The notes below the pieces were generated by a model. That model had not been told where the DNA came from. It was given only the letters and a program-made list of their open reading frames with translations, and searched no databases. 64,000 bases of DNA from the human T2T-CHM13v2.0 reference genome, Homo sapiens. This document shows positions 1 through 27,692 of the stretch, piece by piece (within the stretch, counting starts at the first letter, position 1; the number at the start of each line of letters is the position of its first letter). The stretch lies in NCBI RefSeq assembly GCF_009914755.1, contig NC_060926.1. One strand, 5' to 3'. The position numbers and the translations under genes were made by a program.

Positions 1-476
1 CACTTTAGGAGGTCGAGGCAGGAGGATCGTTTAAGCCCAGGCATTCAAGACCAGCCTGGGCAACACAGTGGAACCTCATACCTCTACAAAGCAATTTTCA
101 AAATTATCCAGGTGTGGTGGAACACACCTGTGGTCCCAGCTACTCAGGAGGCTGAGGTGGGAGGATTGCTCAAGCCCAGGAGGTCAAGGATGCAATGAGC
201 CATGATCACACCACTGCACTCCAGCCTGGGCAACAGACCAAAACCTTGTCTCAAAAAATAATTTTATATACATATATATACACACATGTATCCAGACTCC
301 TGCTGAAACTACCTCTCCCTGTTCCAATGCCACACATCTAGTTCAGCCTGCAGATGAGTTTCTTTGACTGCCTGGGATTGGTTTCCTTGTTTGTTTAAAT
401 TAGAATTGGTTTCTGACTTTTAAACCTTGAGGCTTTTTCACATTTAAAAACATCTGGATTTATACACTCTCCTTTA

Positions 477-665
<189 letters not shown>

Positions 666-668
666 TCA

Positions 669-773
<105 letters not shown>

Positions 774-859
774 TTAAAAAAAAAAAAAAAAATTGAAGAT
801 TTGACAACACTGAGCTCATGGCAAAACTCAGCTAAACCTAGAATGTAAAAGAAATCCTA

Positions 860-2680
<1,821 letters not shown>

Positions 2681-2979
2681 TGACCTCGGGTGATCCACCC
2701 ACCTCGGCCTCCCAAAGTATTGGGATTACAGGCGTGAGCCACTGCGCCAGGCCCAACTTTTCTTTATGTTTAAAATTGTTCACAATAACATGTTGGGGCT
2801 ATCAGCTGGCATTGTCTTGGCCAACTTCTTTAACCTGTAACTGGTTGCCACACTTTCTACCCCTCCTTGCCTCATGGCCAGAGTGCTTCACTCATTTACA
2901 TTACCTAGAGTGTTTCATCCTAGACACATACTGCATATCCTAATGATTGTTAACTAAATCTCTGGAAGAAGCAGAATAG

Positions 2980-3336
<357 letters not shown>

Positions 3337-3639
3337 TGACCTTGGGAAAATTAATTCTCCTCTGAGCCTCGGTTTCCTCATCTGCAGGACGAAGTGAGAT
3401 GGTGAATGCAAAGTTCCTGGCACACTGGTTGGCACCAGATATATGTTAACTACTGTTAAACAGTTTAATATATTGACTTCGTAAATGCACACAGATAAAA
3501 TGATGACTGATTTTCACAGTAAGAAACTCCTGAGAGTTTAGACTCACAAGCTAAAGATGGGAATACTGTTTTCCTAAAAATTGCTCTACTTGCTTTCACT
3601 ACATTTCCTCTCACATAGGAGAAGCTACCTTTATTCAAC

Positions 3640-4510
3640 CCTGTTTAACAAGCACCTACTACTACAAATACTAGGTGAACCTGTGGGCTAAGCACAGTCT
3701 CTGCTATAGCGGAGCCACAGGGGTAACTGCAATAATACATGTACGTTCAAGCTGCAGTGACAGCAAGAAAAGCTTCCAGAAAGAGGCAACACTTGAGTTG
3801 GGTCTTGCAGGATGAATAGGGATTTTCCAGATAGACCTGGGGAAGGAGGCCTGTCTAGGCACAAAGAACAGCATGTGCAAAGGCATTGAGCAATAACAGA
3901 GCAATGGAATCCTCAGAGTTAACAGGCAGTTTGTATTATGAGCAACCAGGGAAGTAGACGAGGCCAGCAAGGGAGGTAGGAACCAAATCATGCCCTGTTT
4001 GCCATGCTACAAGAGTTTGGATTTTGCGCTGCAGATAAAGAACCACCAGCATAGTTTAGGAAGATACTTCTACAGCAGAATGGGGCTACACTGACAAGAG
4101 AGAGACCTGAAGCAAGGCCAGCCAGGTACTAGTGCTACCCACTGCTCAGAAGAATTGCCTGGGGTACTTGTTAAGTATACAGATTGCAAGGCCCCCTCCA
4201 GACCTGCTGAGTCTAGGGGAAGGGCCTGGGAACCTATATGATTAACAGGCATCCCAGGTTTTCTAACAACCAAGAAAACACAGAGTGTAGGAGATTGCGG
4301 CCACCATCCTCCGTAGGAGAATAAAGGGAAAGGGGGAGGGGCATGTTACTGTGTAATTAGGGGAAGGAATCTGCATAATGTGGTCAAAGTGTTGTGTGCC
4401 AGGGTGAGGAAAGCCTGGCATGACTGCGTAGATAGTTGTACCATTTACCAAGACAGGGAATGCAAGAGAAACAGCAAGTTTAGGGAAAATAAATCATGAT
4501 TTATTTTTGA
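3640..4510 (-). mobile_element. L2 LINE fragments
   Basis: TTTAACAAGCACCTAC, AACAGCATGTGCAAAGGC, AGAGTTTGGATTTT motifs. Confidence 0.55.
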
Positions 4511-4922
4511 CAAGGAATTGATCAAAACGTTGGCTCTCAAAGTGTTGTCTTGGCAATGATAAAAACTATTGGTGGTCGCAGCTCCCAGATGCACTTATTT
4601 TCTCTTGTGCTTCTCACACAAATCTGTGACTTGAATGGCTCACATCTTCCAACCGTGTTGAGTTATAATCGGGACAATAAATTACACACATAATGTTTGG
4701 AAATAGACAAACAGAAAACTAAACATTCCCTAGGTCTCTAAAGCCCAGTGCATGACACAGCCAAGATTTTTGCCTCCTGCCTTTTGACTTAATCCAGGGA
4801 CAGGGTTGATGGGTAGCATTGACAGGCCCCAGAAGAAACTCAGTCTCTCATATATTTATTCCCTTTGTCCTGTTGGTGCTATTTAGGGAACAAACACTTC
4901 CCCTTTAAAGGTGGTAATCTTA

Positions 4923-5462
<540 letters not shown>

Positions 5463-5719
5463 TCAAGTCAAAAGAGAGTTGATGGAAACATTACAACAGG
5501 CAATCTCGCCAACTTGCAAGAACAGGCAATGCAGGACAGCTTGTCACTCAGGAACTGGAGCTGGAAGCCTGACGCTGCTCCCACTGCAGCACTCTCTCTG
5601 GGGCCATATGGTCTGCATCTCTGCTTCCCTCTATGGGTCCACGCACTCCCACATGGCAGACGTGGCAGTTGTCTATCCACCATCCATTCCCCTTCCTCCC
5701 TCACTAACAGAACCTCCAT

Positions 5720-6146
5720 TGGATGAGGATGGTCTAAGCCAGTTATGCAACCTATTGCCCACTCTCCCAGCCTTCTTTACACCTAACGGTGGCCATGGAT
5801 ATGATTCTGGTCAATGAGGCTCAAGGAGAAGACTGCTGGGAACTCTGAAAAACCTCACTTTTCCTACCAAAGAGAAAGAAAGACACTGCTTGGCACCCTC
5901 TCTCCCTTTTCCTTCCTTTTGCTTGTGACTGCTAGAGCAGCAGCAACCATCATGGAACCATCGGGAGAAGGACAAAAGAACTGGGAAGACAGAAGTCAGC
6001 CCTGGACATTGCTGAGCATCCAACCAATATTAGCAAATTTTATGTGTAAAATTACAACACCAAAAAAAAAACCTCACTCCTATGTTTTTAAGCCACTGGG
6101 AGTTAGATTTTTGTTACTAGCAGCTGAAGGCACTCTTGATTAATAA
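5720..6146 (+). mobile_element. Old MLT1 (J/K-like) LTR fragment
   Basis: GGTGGCCATG..TTCTGGTCAATGAG and TTTAAGCCACT..TTTGTTACTAGCAGCTGAA end. Confidence 0.55.
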
Positions 6147-7146
6147 TACGATCATCTAATTTGGGGTCTTCCAAACTTCCATCATCCTCAAACCACCTTC
6201 AGCATTTTTGCCATGCCTGCTCAAATACCATGTTCTTCTTTAAATTGAGTCACTTTTATTAACGTGACTTAAAATAAATATGTAATGATTTAAATTAAAA
6301 TAGATTCACCATGAATCACCCAAAACCATCCCATTTTTACCAATGGAACACTTTGCAAAAGCAAACCCAGCTCCGGCTATGTCCCTGATGCCCCCACCCT
6401 CAATTCCCAGGAGGGAAGGCTCTGGAGCAGGGTCTTCCCCGACTCACATGGCACCTAGGCCCACACACACCTCAGGAACTCTACAGAGATGGAGATGATC
6501 AGCAGGTCTGCTGAATAGTAAGACTTACACAGGATTTGTGGTAGTAGTATTAAATGGTCTCATTTCAAAACTAAGATGTTTGCATTTATTTCTAGGGATA
6601 AATTAGGGAATACTGGGCAGTCCTTTTTTGTGTTGGTGCAGAGAAAGCTATGTGGCTGGGGAGGAAACAGGAATACCCAGGCCAGCTGTTACCACTGGTC
6701 CAGCAAAAGCAGGAAGCTCCTTCAGATGTTCCTGAACACTTTGCTCCGCCCACCTCCCAGCATTCTCTGCTTAGTGTCCATTCAATTATGACAATAACAT
6801 TTGAAGTCAGTGGAGAAAAGAGAGGTTATGCAACATGTGGTGATAGGATAGTTGGGAAATTATTAGGAAAAAATAGTTATATCCCGAACTCACTCCACTC
6901 ATACACAGATGCAAAAAAAAATCAGATGGACGAAAGCCTTAAATATAAAAGAATTTATCCATAAACTATGCTACATTCATACAATAGACTATTGTGCAGC
7001 AGTCAGTTAGAAAAGGAAGAAGTAAATATATATGTACTGACAAGGAACTATCTAATGTTCAATGAAAAGCAGATTATAGGCCAGGCATGGTGGCTCACGA
7101 CTATAATCCCAACACTTTGGGAGGCCAAGGCGGGCAGATCACTTCA

Positions 7147-7341
<195 letters not shown>

Positions 7342-8961
7342 CTAGACTCTATCTCAAAAAAAAAACCAAATTATAAATAACATACATAGAATGATACCAT
7401 TTATGTTACATGTGTGCATAGATACCCATATGAACATATGAAAGAAATGCATGAATAGAGTCTGAAAGGATAAATCTTAATTGGGTAACAGTCATTCTTT
7501 TTTTCATGGAAATGCAGAATTATTTACTTATTAGTTGCATAAGATCAGCTGTTCTATTTAAGTTCACCAAAAAAAAAAAGTATTTCTCATCATCCCTCTT
7601 TTTCTCCTCTCTGCTTTTGAAGAGTGTATGAGGGCATTATGAGGAGACAAAGTGATTACATTCAAGGATGTCATTAGGATATAATCATATATTGCCACAT
7701 ATTGCCCATCTAATTTTAAAAAGCGGAAAAGAACAAAACTTAATGAAAAAAGCTGAACTACAAAGTAATAGAGAAAACATGAAAGAATGTTTTATAATTT
7801 TAATGTGGTAATCAGCTCTCTTAGCAATATGTCAAAGACAAAGCCATAAGAAAAGAAAAAGATTGACAAATGTGAAACTAAAATCTCTATATGGCAAAGC
7901 AAAAGACAATAAAATGGAAAGAAAACATTCGCAACATGATGGAGAAAAAGTACTATTATTAAACTGTGAATTGTTTGGAAATAATAAGAAAATTACAAAC
8001 CCAGTAGGAAAATGAGTAAAAGGCATAAAGAAGCACTCTATTTTAAAAGAAGACACAAAAATGTCCAAAATTCACACTCAAGATGTTCAACTTCACTAAT
8101 AATTACAGAAAAGCAAATTAAAATGAGATATTGGCCAAGCACAGTAGCTCACGCCTATAATCCCAACACTTTGGGAGGCTGAGATGAGTGGATCACCTGA
8201 GGTCAGGAGTTCGAGACCAGCCTGGCCAACACGGTGAAACCCCATCTCTACTAAAAATACAAAAAATTATCCGGGTGTGGTGGTGGGTGCCTGTAATCCC
8301 AGCTACCTGGGAGGCTGGAGCAGGAGAATCACTTGAACCCAGGATGCAGAGGTTGCAGTGAGCCTAGATCGCACCATTGCACTCCAGCCTGGGCAACAAG
8401 AGCAAAACTCTGTCTCAAAAAAAAATTAAATTAAAAATAAATAATAAATAAAATGAGATATCATTTTTCACTTAGATGGAGACAATTAAAAAGATTTCTA
8501 GTAGCCAGTTGTTGGCAAGGGCGGGACAGAAACAGGTGCACTTCCATTCTGTTGATGGAAGCCTAAACTGGCTTCAGCAGGCAAACTTGGAAGATAAGTA
8601 TCAAAAGTTGAAATGCGCAGGCATGTTGCCCTCTTCTAGGAATTTAAGAAAAGAATGGTGCACGGTGCAAAGTTGTGTGAACAAGAAGGGTTATTGTACT
8701 GAAAAGTTAGAAACAGCCTGAATGCCCATCAACAGGGTTTTGGTTAAATAAATTTATGAGACTCGGAGGTGTTATGGAGACCAGGCAGGTGTTATAAAAG
8801 ATAAAGAACATCTTTACATATTGACACAAAGCACATAAATGTTCACATGAGAAAAACAGCTTACACAGTTCCACATATCAAGTGATCCTCTTTTGTTTAA
8901 TATATAACCTACTGGTAAGGCTGACACTTAACAGTTGTTATCCCTGCAGGTTAGAATTTGA

Positions 8962-9342
<381 letters not shown>

Positions 9343-9565
9343 TGATAACAAAAGTGAAGATTTCATTTTGAAAATCTAAGGAAGGGATATGCTATTTATG
9401 CTGTCCTTTAAGGATTTATTTACCCTTTCGTTTGTTCAACAAATATGAACAGTTTATTACATAGAAGGTAGTGCCTCCAGGACTGAGGTAGAAACAAAAG
9501 ACAATCGGACCTAAGCCTCTCTCTGCTTCCTGAAACCAAACCAATATTATCACTGCCCCCACCTG

Positions 9566-9580
9566 ACACGCAGACACACA

Positions 9581-9622
<42 letters not shown>

Positions 9623-9637
9623 TACATACATACATAC
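9566..9637. repeat. (CA)n / (CATA)n microsatellite
   Basis: Direct reading. Confidence 0.95.
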
Positions 9638-9753
9638 GTGCCTTCCTTCTGCCACAAATAAGTTGGTGTCCCTTGGCCACTCCAAACCCAATCCCAACAC
9701 CTGCATCCTAGAGTCTATCTCCCCATCATTTTTCAGAAGCCTCACACTATTCA

Positions 9754-9759
9754 TTTTTT

Positions 9760-9791
<32 letters not shown>

Positions 9792-9850
9792 TCCTTTCTT
9801 TCCTTTTTCTTTCCTTTCTTTCCTTTCTTTCTTTCTCTTTCTTTCTTTCC
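9754..9850. repeat. (TTTC)n polypyrimidine microsatellite
   Basis: Direct reading. Confidence 0.95.
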
Positions 9851-10087
9851 AACTTTTCCCTCTCTCTTGCATCCACCTAGTCAGCAATGAAAACCTCTTA
9901 AGTCTCTTTCATTCTAAATAAAAAGAAGGGAGGGAAGGAAGGCCATTCTGGACAGAATTATTGGGGAGAGAAGCGGGAGGAGGAAGGGGAGAGGAAAGAG
10001 ATATCCAAGCATATTCTCCAAATTTGTGACTTTTAAACCTTCTTAAAGAAATATGTTAGCCTGACTATTATAAGAACATAACACCTA

Positions 10088-10423
<336 letters not shown>

Positions 10424-11387
10424 CTAGGCAGAGAAGGTGCTCTCTCTCTGACCCAGAGGGTGGACCCAGTCCAGAGCAACCCAGCCCCTGCCTCAGGATA
10501 CACTGTTGGAGTCAGGACCTGGATGATCTCAATTGTGGATGGCTCATTTCTCTCCAGCTATCACGCAGTCCCTCCTCCCCTTCAGCCAGACTTCTAGAAA
10601 GAGTTGTCTACTTGCCTTCCATGTCCTTACCTCCTCCACTTCTCCACCACTAAGTTGGCTGCTGAGCCCCACCACTCTACCAAAACCAGTTCCCCCCAGG
10701 CACACTTCTCAGTCTTGTCTCAACTTCTCAGCAGCATTTGGCACCAGTCTTGTGTCTGTCCTCTCTTTGTATTCTTTGCCAATATTTCCTCTCCAGCCTC
10801 ACTTCTCAGCCTTGGGGCTCCCAGTGCTCAGTCCCGAGACCTTTGCTTTCTTCCCTGTACCCTCTTTCTTAGGCCATCTCATCCAAGCCAGCAGGTTCAT
10901 CATCATTATGCACCAATGGTGCACAAACACCACTGATTCTGAAAATGCATGGTCAGTCAACACCTCACAAATGGCATCCAGGAGATGTTGGCTTCATCAA
11001 TATCTCTGCTTGGGTATCTCACAGATCTCATTCATTCATCCTATCGAGTACCTACTATGTGTCAGGAACTACACCAGGCACTGGATATAGAATGAAAAAC
11101 AAAACAGGCATGGTTCATGCCCCTGAGCAGCTTAACTAAAATGTCAACAACTGAACTCAAGAGCTTTCCTCAACCAACATGCTCCTCCATGTTCTGTGTC
11201 TCAATAAATGGCACAACTTCCCCCCACCTGCTCAAGCCAGAAACTTGAATGTTATAGGTGATTCTTCACTTTCCCTTATTCTACCTGGGGGAGACACACT
11301 CTAAAGAGCACCCCCCTAACCATAATGAGGCATGCCTTTGTAGAATCCTCTCCCCTAGAGGCAGAACCTGTGACCTGCTTCTAATCA

Positions 11388-11699
<312 letters not shown>

Positions 11700-11700
11700 T

Positions 11701-11701
<1 letters not shown>

Positions 11702-11789
<88 letters not shown>
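11702..11789. repeat. (TA)n microsatellite with CA interruptions, derived from an Alu tail
   Basis: Direct reading; followed by the TSD copy GCCAAGGTG. Confidence 0.95.
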
Positions 11790-11792
<3 letters not shown>

Positions 11793-11944
11793 CAAGGTGA
11801 TAGATGTTAGAATCTTGTTTAGGATATGTTATATGGTGATAGTGACTGGATGGCATTCCTGTGATTGCATTATGTTATATAATACTCCATCTTAGCTGAC
11901 TCGAGAGAGACTCCCTTGCTGGCTTTAAAGAAGTAAGCTGTCGA

Positions 11945-13525
<1,581 letters not shown>

Positions 13526-14439
13526 GCTATCATGTTTATCAAGGAACTGTGGGTGGCCTCTGAGAGCCAGAAAGAAAATGGGGACCTCAGTGCTACAACT
13601 GCAAGGAGATGAATTTGCCAATAACCTGAGGAAGCTTGCAAATTGACCTTTCCCTGGTTGAGACTCTGATGAAATTACAGCCCATGTCAATACTTGGTCT
13701 GAAGTCTGGTGAGTCCCTGAGCAGGGGACCCAGTTAAGTTGTGCCTAGACTCTTGACCCATGTAAACTGTAAGATAATAAATGGGTGTTATTTGGGGCTG
13801 CTAAGTTTGTGGTAATTTGTTACTCAGCATAGAAAACTAGTGGAGCATCTGTCCATCACCAGAAATTTTTGATTTTTTCACTGAAATAATTTCTCAAAAA
13901 CTCCACTTTTCTCCATCTCCACTACTCCACCCAGAGTAAACTGCCATCATCTCCTATCCAAATAGAGTATCTTTCGGCCTGGCACAGTGGCTCACACCTC
14001 CCAGCACTTTGGGAGGCTGAGGCAGGAGGACTGCTTGAGCCCAGGAGTTTGAGATCAGCCTGGGAAACATGCCAAGACCCTGTCTGTATTAAAAATCAAA
14101 AGAATTAGTCAGGCATGGTGGTGTGGACCTGTGGTCCCAGCTACTTGGCAGGCTAAGGCTGTAGGATTGCTTAAGCCTGAGAGATCAAGCCTGCAGTGAG
14201 CTATGATTACGCCACTGCACTCCAGCCTGGGTGACAGGGCAAGACCCTGTCTCGAAAATAAATAAATAAATAAATAATTTTAAAAAAATATCTCCTTAAT
14301 CTCCACTGTCACATTTGCTCCTCCTAACTTAACTGGATCAAGTCATGAGAACACCTCAGGCAAGTTAATAATTTCCCGTTCCTTCAACTCAACATTTTTT
14401 CAGTAGAGACAAGGAGAAATTTTCTACTAACAAAAGTGA

Positions 14440-14628
<189 letters not shown>

Positions 14629-15084
14629 TAGTAGAGACGGGGTTTCACTGTGTTAGCCAGGATGGTCTCTATCTCCTGACCTCATGATCCACCCACCTCA
14701 GCCCCCCAAAGTGCTGGGATTACAGGCGTGAGCCACCGCGCCCAGCCACATCTCTTTCTATACCAAAACGAGAGGTTCAATATATGCGATTTTCCAAAGC
14801 AGGTAACTCCTTGGGAGACCCATTAAACCACTTAAAATTTAAACAACAGGCTGGGCACAGTGGATCACGCCTGTAATCCCAGCACTTTGGGAGGCTGAGG
14901 CGGGGGATCACTTAAGCCCAGGAGTTCAAGACCAGCCTGGGCAACATAGTGAGACCCCATCTCTATTAATTAAAAAAATTTTTTTTGTTTAGTCACTCAT
15001 TTTCTGTAAATAGCACAACCTATTGTATTACATAGGTTCAGACCTTCAGTTTAATGTACTTAATGGCAGTTCTTGGCTGACTCA

Positions 15085-21900
<6,816 letters not shown>

Positions 21901-22256
21901 TAAAGACTCATAATTTCTGCAGTCAGCCAGTGACCTAACAGAGATTTCCTTAAATGCCTGGGTCCAAAAAAGAAAAGAAAAGGCTGTTTTGTCTCTTTAA
22001 ATCCCTTCCATCACTCAGGAGGCTGAGGCAGGAGGATTGCTTGAGCCCAGGAGTTTGAGTCTAGCCTGAGCAACATAGCAAGACTTCATCTTTTTTTTTT
22101 TCTTTTTGAGATAAGAGTCTCGCTCTGTCACCCAGGCTGGAGCACAGTGGCATGATCTTGGCTCACTGCACCCTCCACCTTCCAGGTTCAAGCAATTCCC
22201 CTAGCCTCAGCCTCCCGAGTAGCTGGGATTACAGGCACATAACCAAGCCTGGCTAA

Positions 22257-22403
<147 letters not shown>

Positions 22404-23519
22404 TAACAAAAAAAAAGAAAGAAAAAAGAAAAGAAAAAAAAAGAGCTTTTTAAATCCCCTCCACCAATAAGAAAACCATTTCAGCTGAGCCCATGGAGGC
22501 TGAAACAATAACCAACCTTAGCAGTGGCCCCTTAGCAAACTAAGGCATATCAAAATACACAAGCCTGATTTTTGGAGGACAAGGTCCCTATAGCCCACCC
22601 TCACATCGCCAAGCACATCAGGGATACAGACTGCCATCTCCACAACTGGATGCTGCTGGGAAGAATTCACCAAAATTCACCAGCCTCTTTCTTAATCAAG
22701 TACTCCCTTCAATGCTGCAAGTGCTTCACTAGAGTCTGGAGCTCCAAATAGTTGGTTCTGACAGTTCTTGCCAGCTCAATAGTGGTTTCAGTGAAGGGAT
22801 CAATTCTACTCTGCTATCTTCCATGACATCACTCTTCCCCCACCCCACCACATTAGTCTTTATCCCATAGGAAACAGAAGGCACCCTCAAGATAGGATAA
22901 TTTGAGAAGAATGTATTTAAGAAGGATTATTTACAAAAGTGTGGATGTAGGGGAGCCAGAAGAGGGAATGCATTAACCCAGGACTAATAGCAGCCAAGCT
23001 GATACTATCCCTAAGCCCAAAGGGTTGAGGAGAGGGATCAGGACCAGGAAGGAAGGAAAGAGTTGTGCTGAGGTGGCCACCTTGAAAGGGGCAGTGACAT
23101 TTGGTTGATGAACACAGCCAGCCTGAGGCGACCTCAAAAGATGAAGGAAGCCCAAGATTAAATAGCCTCATATTACTCTTTTGCCTCCTCCTCCTACTAC
23201 TACTACTTCTGTTCCCCTTCCTCCTGCTGGGGCTCCTTATTGGCCAACCAAACACCCAGGCATAAGGGAGTCCAGTTGATATAGGGGTGAAAAAGGATGA
23301 AGAGTGGATCTGGAGGACTAACTGGAGAATGGCCAGACAGCCATTCCAACCCCAAAATTACCTCTAGCCTCTATCTTCAAGATTGAATGCAGCAAATTTC
23401 TGGCTATTTAAGAACAGCCACTTTCCAAACACAACTGGAGGATTCTTCCCTGGAGAGAAGACCTCCCAATATTGACATTCGACATCTGGCACATCATCTG
23501 TGCAACTTACGGTCAACCT

Positions 23520-23660
23520 AGTGCTTCTCAAAACGTAATGTGCACTTGAATCACCTGGTGATATTGTTAAAATGCAGATTCTAAATCTGTAGGTTACAGT
23601 GGAACCTGGGGTTCTCCATTTCCAATGAGCTCCCAGATGATGTCAATGCTGCTGGTCCAA
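23520..23660. mobile_element. MER5-like hAT fragment (another at ~4140-4262)
   Basis: GTGCTTCTCAAA..GAATCACCTGG..TTGTTAAAATGCAGATTCT..GCTCCCAGATGATG. Confidence 0.6.
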
Positions 23661-23807
23661 GGAGCTAGTCAACTCATCTTGCCCAAACACTTAGAGTCTC
23701 CACTCAGCTTTTTAGTGTCTCATCCTTAAATATGAATAGATTGCTAAAGTAGACAGAAGTTTGAGATGGCCATTAGCATGAGAGTAACCAAAATAAATTA
23801 GCATTAA

Positions 23808-24333
<526 letters not shown>

Positions 24334-24342
24334 TCATCTCTA

Positions 24343-24465
<123 letters not shown>

Positions 24466-25007
24466 CTAGCCTGGGCAACAGAGCGATACCCTGTGTCAAA
24501 AACAAAACAAAACAAAACAAAAAGTTAAAATGGCTGAAGATAATGCAAGAAGATATTCCACAAAAATAGAAAAACAAAAAACAAACAATGGGTTGGTTTA
24601 GAGTTCAGTTTTGCAAGATGAAAAGAAGGTTCTTTTTTTGTGTTTTTTCTTTAAGACTCTGTCGTAAAGGCTAGAGTGCAGTGTCATGATCCTAGCTCAC
24701 TGCAGCCTAAAACTCCTGGGCTCAAGCAATCTTCCCTGCTTATCCTCCCAAAGTACTGGGATTACAGGCATGAGCCACCATGCTCAGCTCTATGAATTTC
24801 TATTTTGAATCAGTGCTCAGTACAACAAATTAAGAAAGTGGTACAATAAAGCAAATCATTCTAAAATTTCTAACCAACAAGTTAAAGAGAGAATCCTAAG
24901 GCTTCCACAGATGGGGGAGATGTAACAGACAAAAGGATCAGAAACATGAATAGGAATTATACTTTTTTAATAGCAACCCTAGAAGGTGTAAGAAAATGTA
25001 GTATACC

Positions 25008-25704
25008 ATCATTAAAAAGTCAGGAAACAACAGGTGCTAGAGAGGACGTGGAGAAATAGGAACACTTTTACACTGTTGGTGGGACTATAAACTAGTCCAA
25101 CCATTGTGGAAGTCAGTGTGGCGATTCCTCAGGGATCTAGAACTAGAAATACCACTTGACCCAGCCATCCCATTACTGGGTATATACCCAAAGGACTATA
25201 AATCATGCTGCTATAAAGACACATGCACACATGTTTATCGCGGCACTATTCACAATAGCAAAGACTTGGAACCAACCCAAATGTCCAACAATGATAGACT
25301 GGATTAAGAAAATGTGGCACATATATACCATGGAATACTATGCAGCCATAAAAAATGATGAGTTCGTGTCCTTTGTAGGGACATGGATGAAATTGGAAAT
25401 CATCATTCTCAGTAAACTATCACAAGGACAAAAGAACAAACACTGCATGTTCTCACTCATAGATGGGAATTGAACAGTGAGAACACATGGACACAGGAAG
25501 GGGAACATCACACTCTGGGGACTGTTGTGGGGTGGGGGGAGGGGGGAGGGATAGCATTAGGAGATATACCTAATGCTAAATGACGAGTTAATGGGTGCAG
25601 CACACCAGCATGGCATATGTATACATATGTAACTAACCTGCACATTGTGCACATGTACCCTAAATCTTAAAGTATAATAATAATAAAAAAATAAATAAAT
25701 AAAA
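25008..25704 (+). mobile_element. 5'-truncated primate L1 (L1PA3-like): ORF2 C-terminus, 3' UTR, poly(A)
   Basis: ORF2 tail (MFIAALFTIAKTWNQPKCP...KKMWHIYTMEYYAAIK), G-rich tract, GAG at the 3' UTR diagnostic site (not ACA/ACG); perfect 18-bp TSD AAGAAAATGTAGTATACC at 24990-25007 and 25705-22. Confidence 0.92.
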
Positions 25705-26751
25705 AAGAAAATGTAGTATACCTTCAAAAAAAAAGGGAAAATTATTTTCAAACTTGAATATCTAGCCCAACAACACATCAAGTGTTAAATAGAAGTAACA
25801 TATTTTCAAATATGCAAAGATTCTAACAACATATATCCCCCATCTCCCTTTCTTAGGAAGTTATTAGAGGAGATGCTTTAGCAAAACAAGGAAGTAAACC
25901 AAGAGGAAGACATGGGATCCAGGAAATGGGCAAAACCACCCCAGAACAACAATGAAGGAAAATTCCAGAATGACAACTGTACAGCAAGTCTAGCGAGCAG
26001 CCAGTCCAGATTGAAATAAGAGGAAGGAAGGCTCTGGGACAAAAACTCCAAAGAAAAAGTGGAACTTATATATTGAGTATATGGAAAACATTATTGCTAG
26101 ACTTTTTGATAGTCTTAGAGCATTTGAGGGGAAAAACCAACTGTAAATACTGTTTACAGAAAATCAGACAGATGAGAGAAAAAAGGCAATAATTAACCCT
26201 AAGAAAAATGAAGGGCCATGTAAACTAGAAGTCATGATTATAGTGCATTTCTTGGCTCATCAGTAAACAATATTTGCATACATAATAATTTTAATACAGC
26301 TAGGTGCAGATTATTGGTTTTACCAAAAGTTATTACGCAGCTATATATGGTGGGAAGCAGAAGTGATAGAGTCAAGTTCTTATCTACCGTGTCAGGAAGT
26401 CAACACATAATGCTAAAAATTCACAAACCAAAAAATAATGGTATAAACATTTACTTAGAAACATGAAGATAGGCCGGGCACGGTGACTCACACTTGTAAT
26501 CCTAGCACTTTAGGAGGCTAAGGCAGGCGGATCGCTTGAGTTCAGGGGTTCGAGGCCAGCCGAAGCAACACGGTGAAACCCTGTCTCTACTAAAAATACA
26601 AAAATTAGCTGGACATATTGGTGGCCACCTGTAGTCCCAGCTAGTTGGGGTCTGAGGCCGGAGGATTGCTTGGGCCCAGGGAAATCGGGGCTTCAGTGAG
26701 CCAAGAGTGTGCCACTGCACACCAGCCTAAGTAACAAAGTGAAACCCTATC

Positions 26752-26783
26752 AGAAAGAAAGAAAGAAAGAAAAAGACAGAGAG

Positions 26784-26826
<43 letters not shown>
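26752..26826. repeat. (AAAG)n microsatellite (Alu tail)
   Basis: Direct reading. Confidence 0.93.
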
Positions 26827-27284
26827 GATTATGAAGGTAAATATCAGGATGAATTTGTGAAAGAGTTGAGCATATTGCCTCCAAAGAGTAGGACAGGGAA
26901 CTGCTTTTTTCATTACAAGCCTTTTAGTATTATAAGCATACATATTTTAAACAATTTATAAACATTATTTTAGTTCAATAGTCATTAATGTTACAAAGCT
27001 AGCTTATCGGTCGGGCATGGTGGCTCACGCCTGTAATCCCAGCACTTTAGGAGGCTAAGGCAGGTGGATCACTTGAACCCAGGAGTTTGAGACCAGCCTG
27101 CCCAATACGGCCAAACCCCGTCTCTACAAAATATACAGAAATTAGCCCAGCTTGGTGGTGCATGTCTATAGTCCCAGCTATTTGGCAGGCCGAGGCAGGA
27201 GGATCACCTGAGCTCGGGAGGCGGGCAGTGAGCAGAGATAGCAACGTCACTCCAGCTTGGGTGACAAGAGTGAGACACCATCTC

Positions 27285-27289
<5 letters not shown>

Positions 27290-27339
<50 letters not shown>
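27290..27339 (+). repeat. 50-nt pure poly(A) between two tandem Alus
   Basis: Direct reading. Confidence 0.93.
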
Positions 27340-27342
<3 letters not shown>

Positions 27343-27358
27343 CGGGCATGGTGGCTCA

Positions 27359-27692
<334 letters not shown>

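Noticed and set aside
10533-11090. 185-aa ORF, the longest in the track
   Set aside because: Non-ATG start, pyrimidine-rich L2-like degenerate sequence, no recognisable domain or splice structure.
25104-25473. L1 ORF2-like ORFs as an active element
   Set aside because: Only ~700 bp, 5'-truncated and frameshifted; no promoter, EN or RT.
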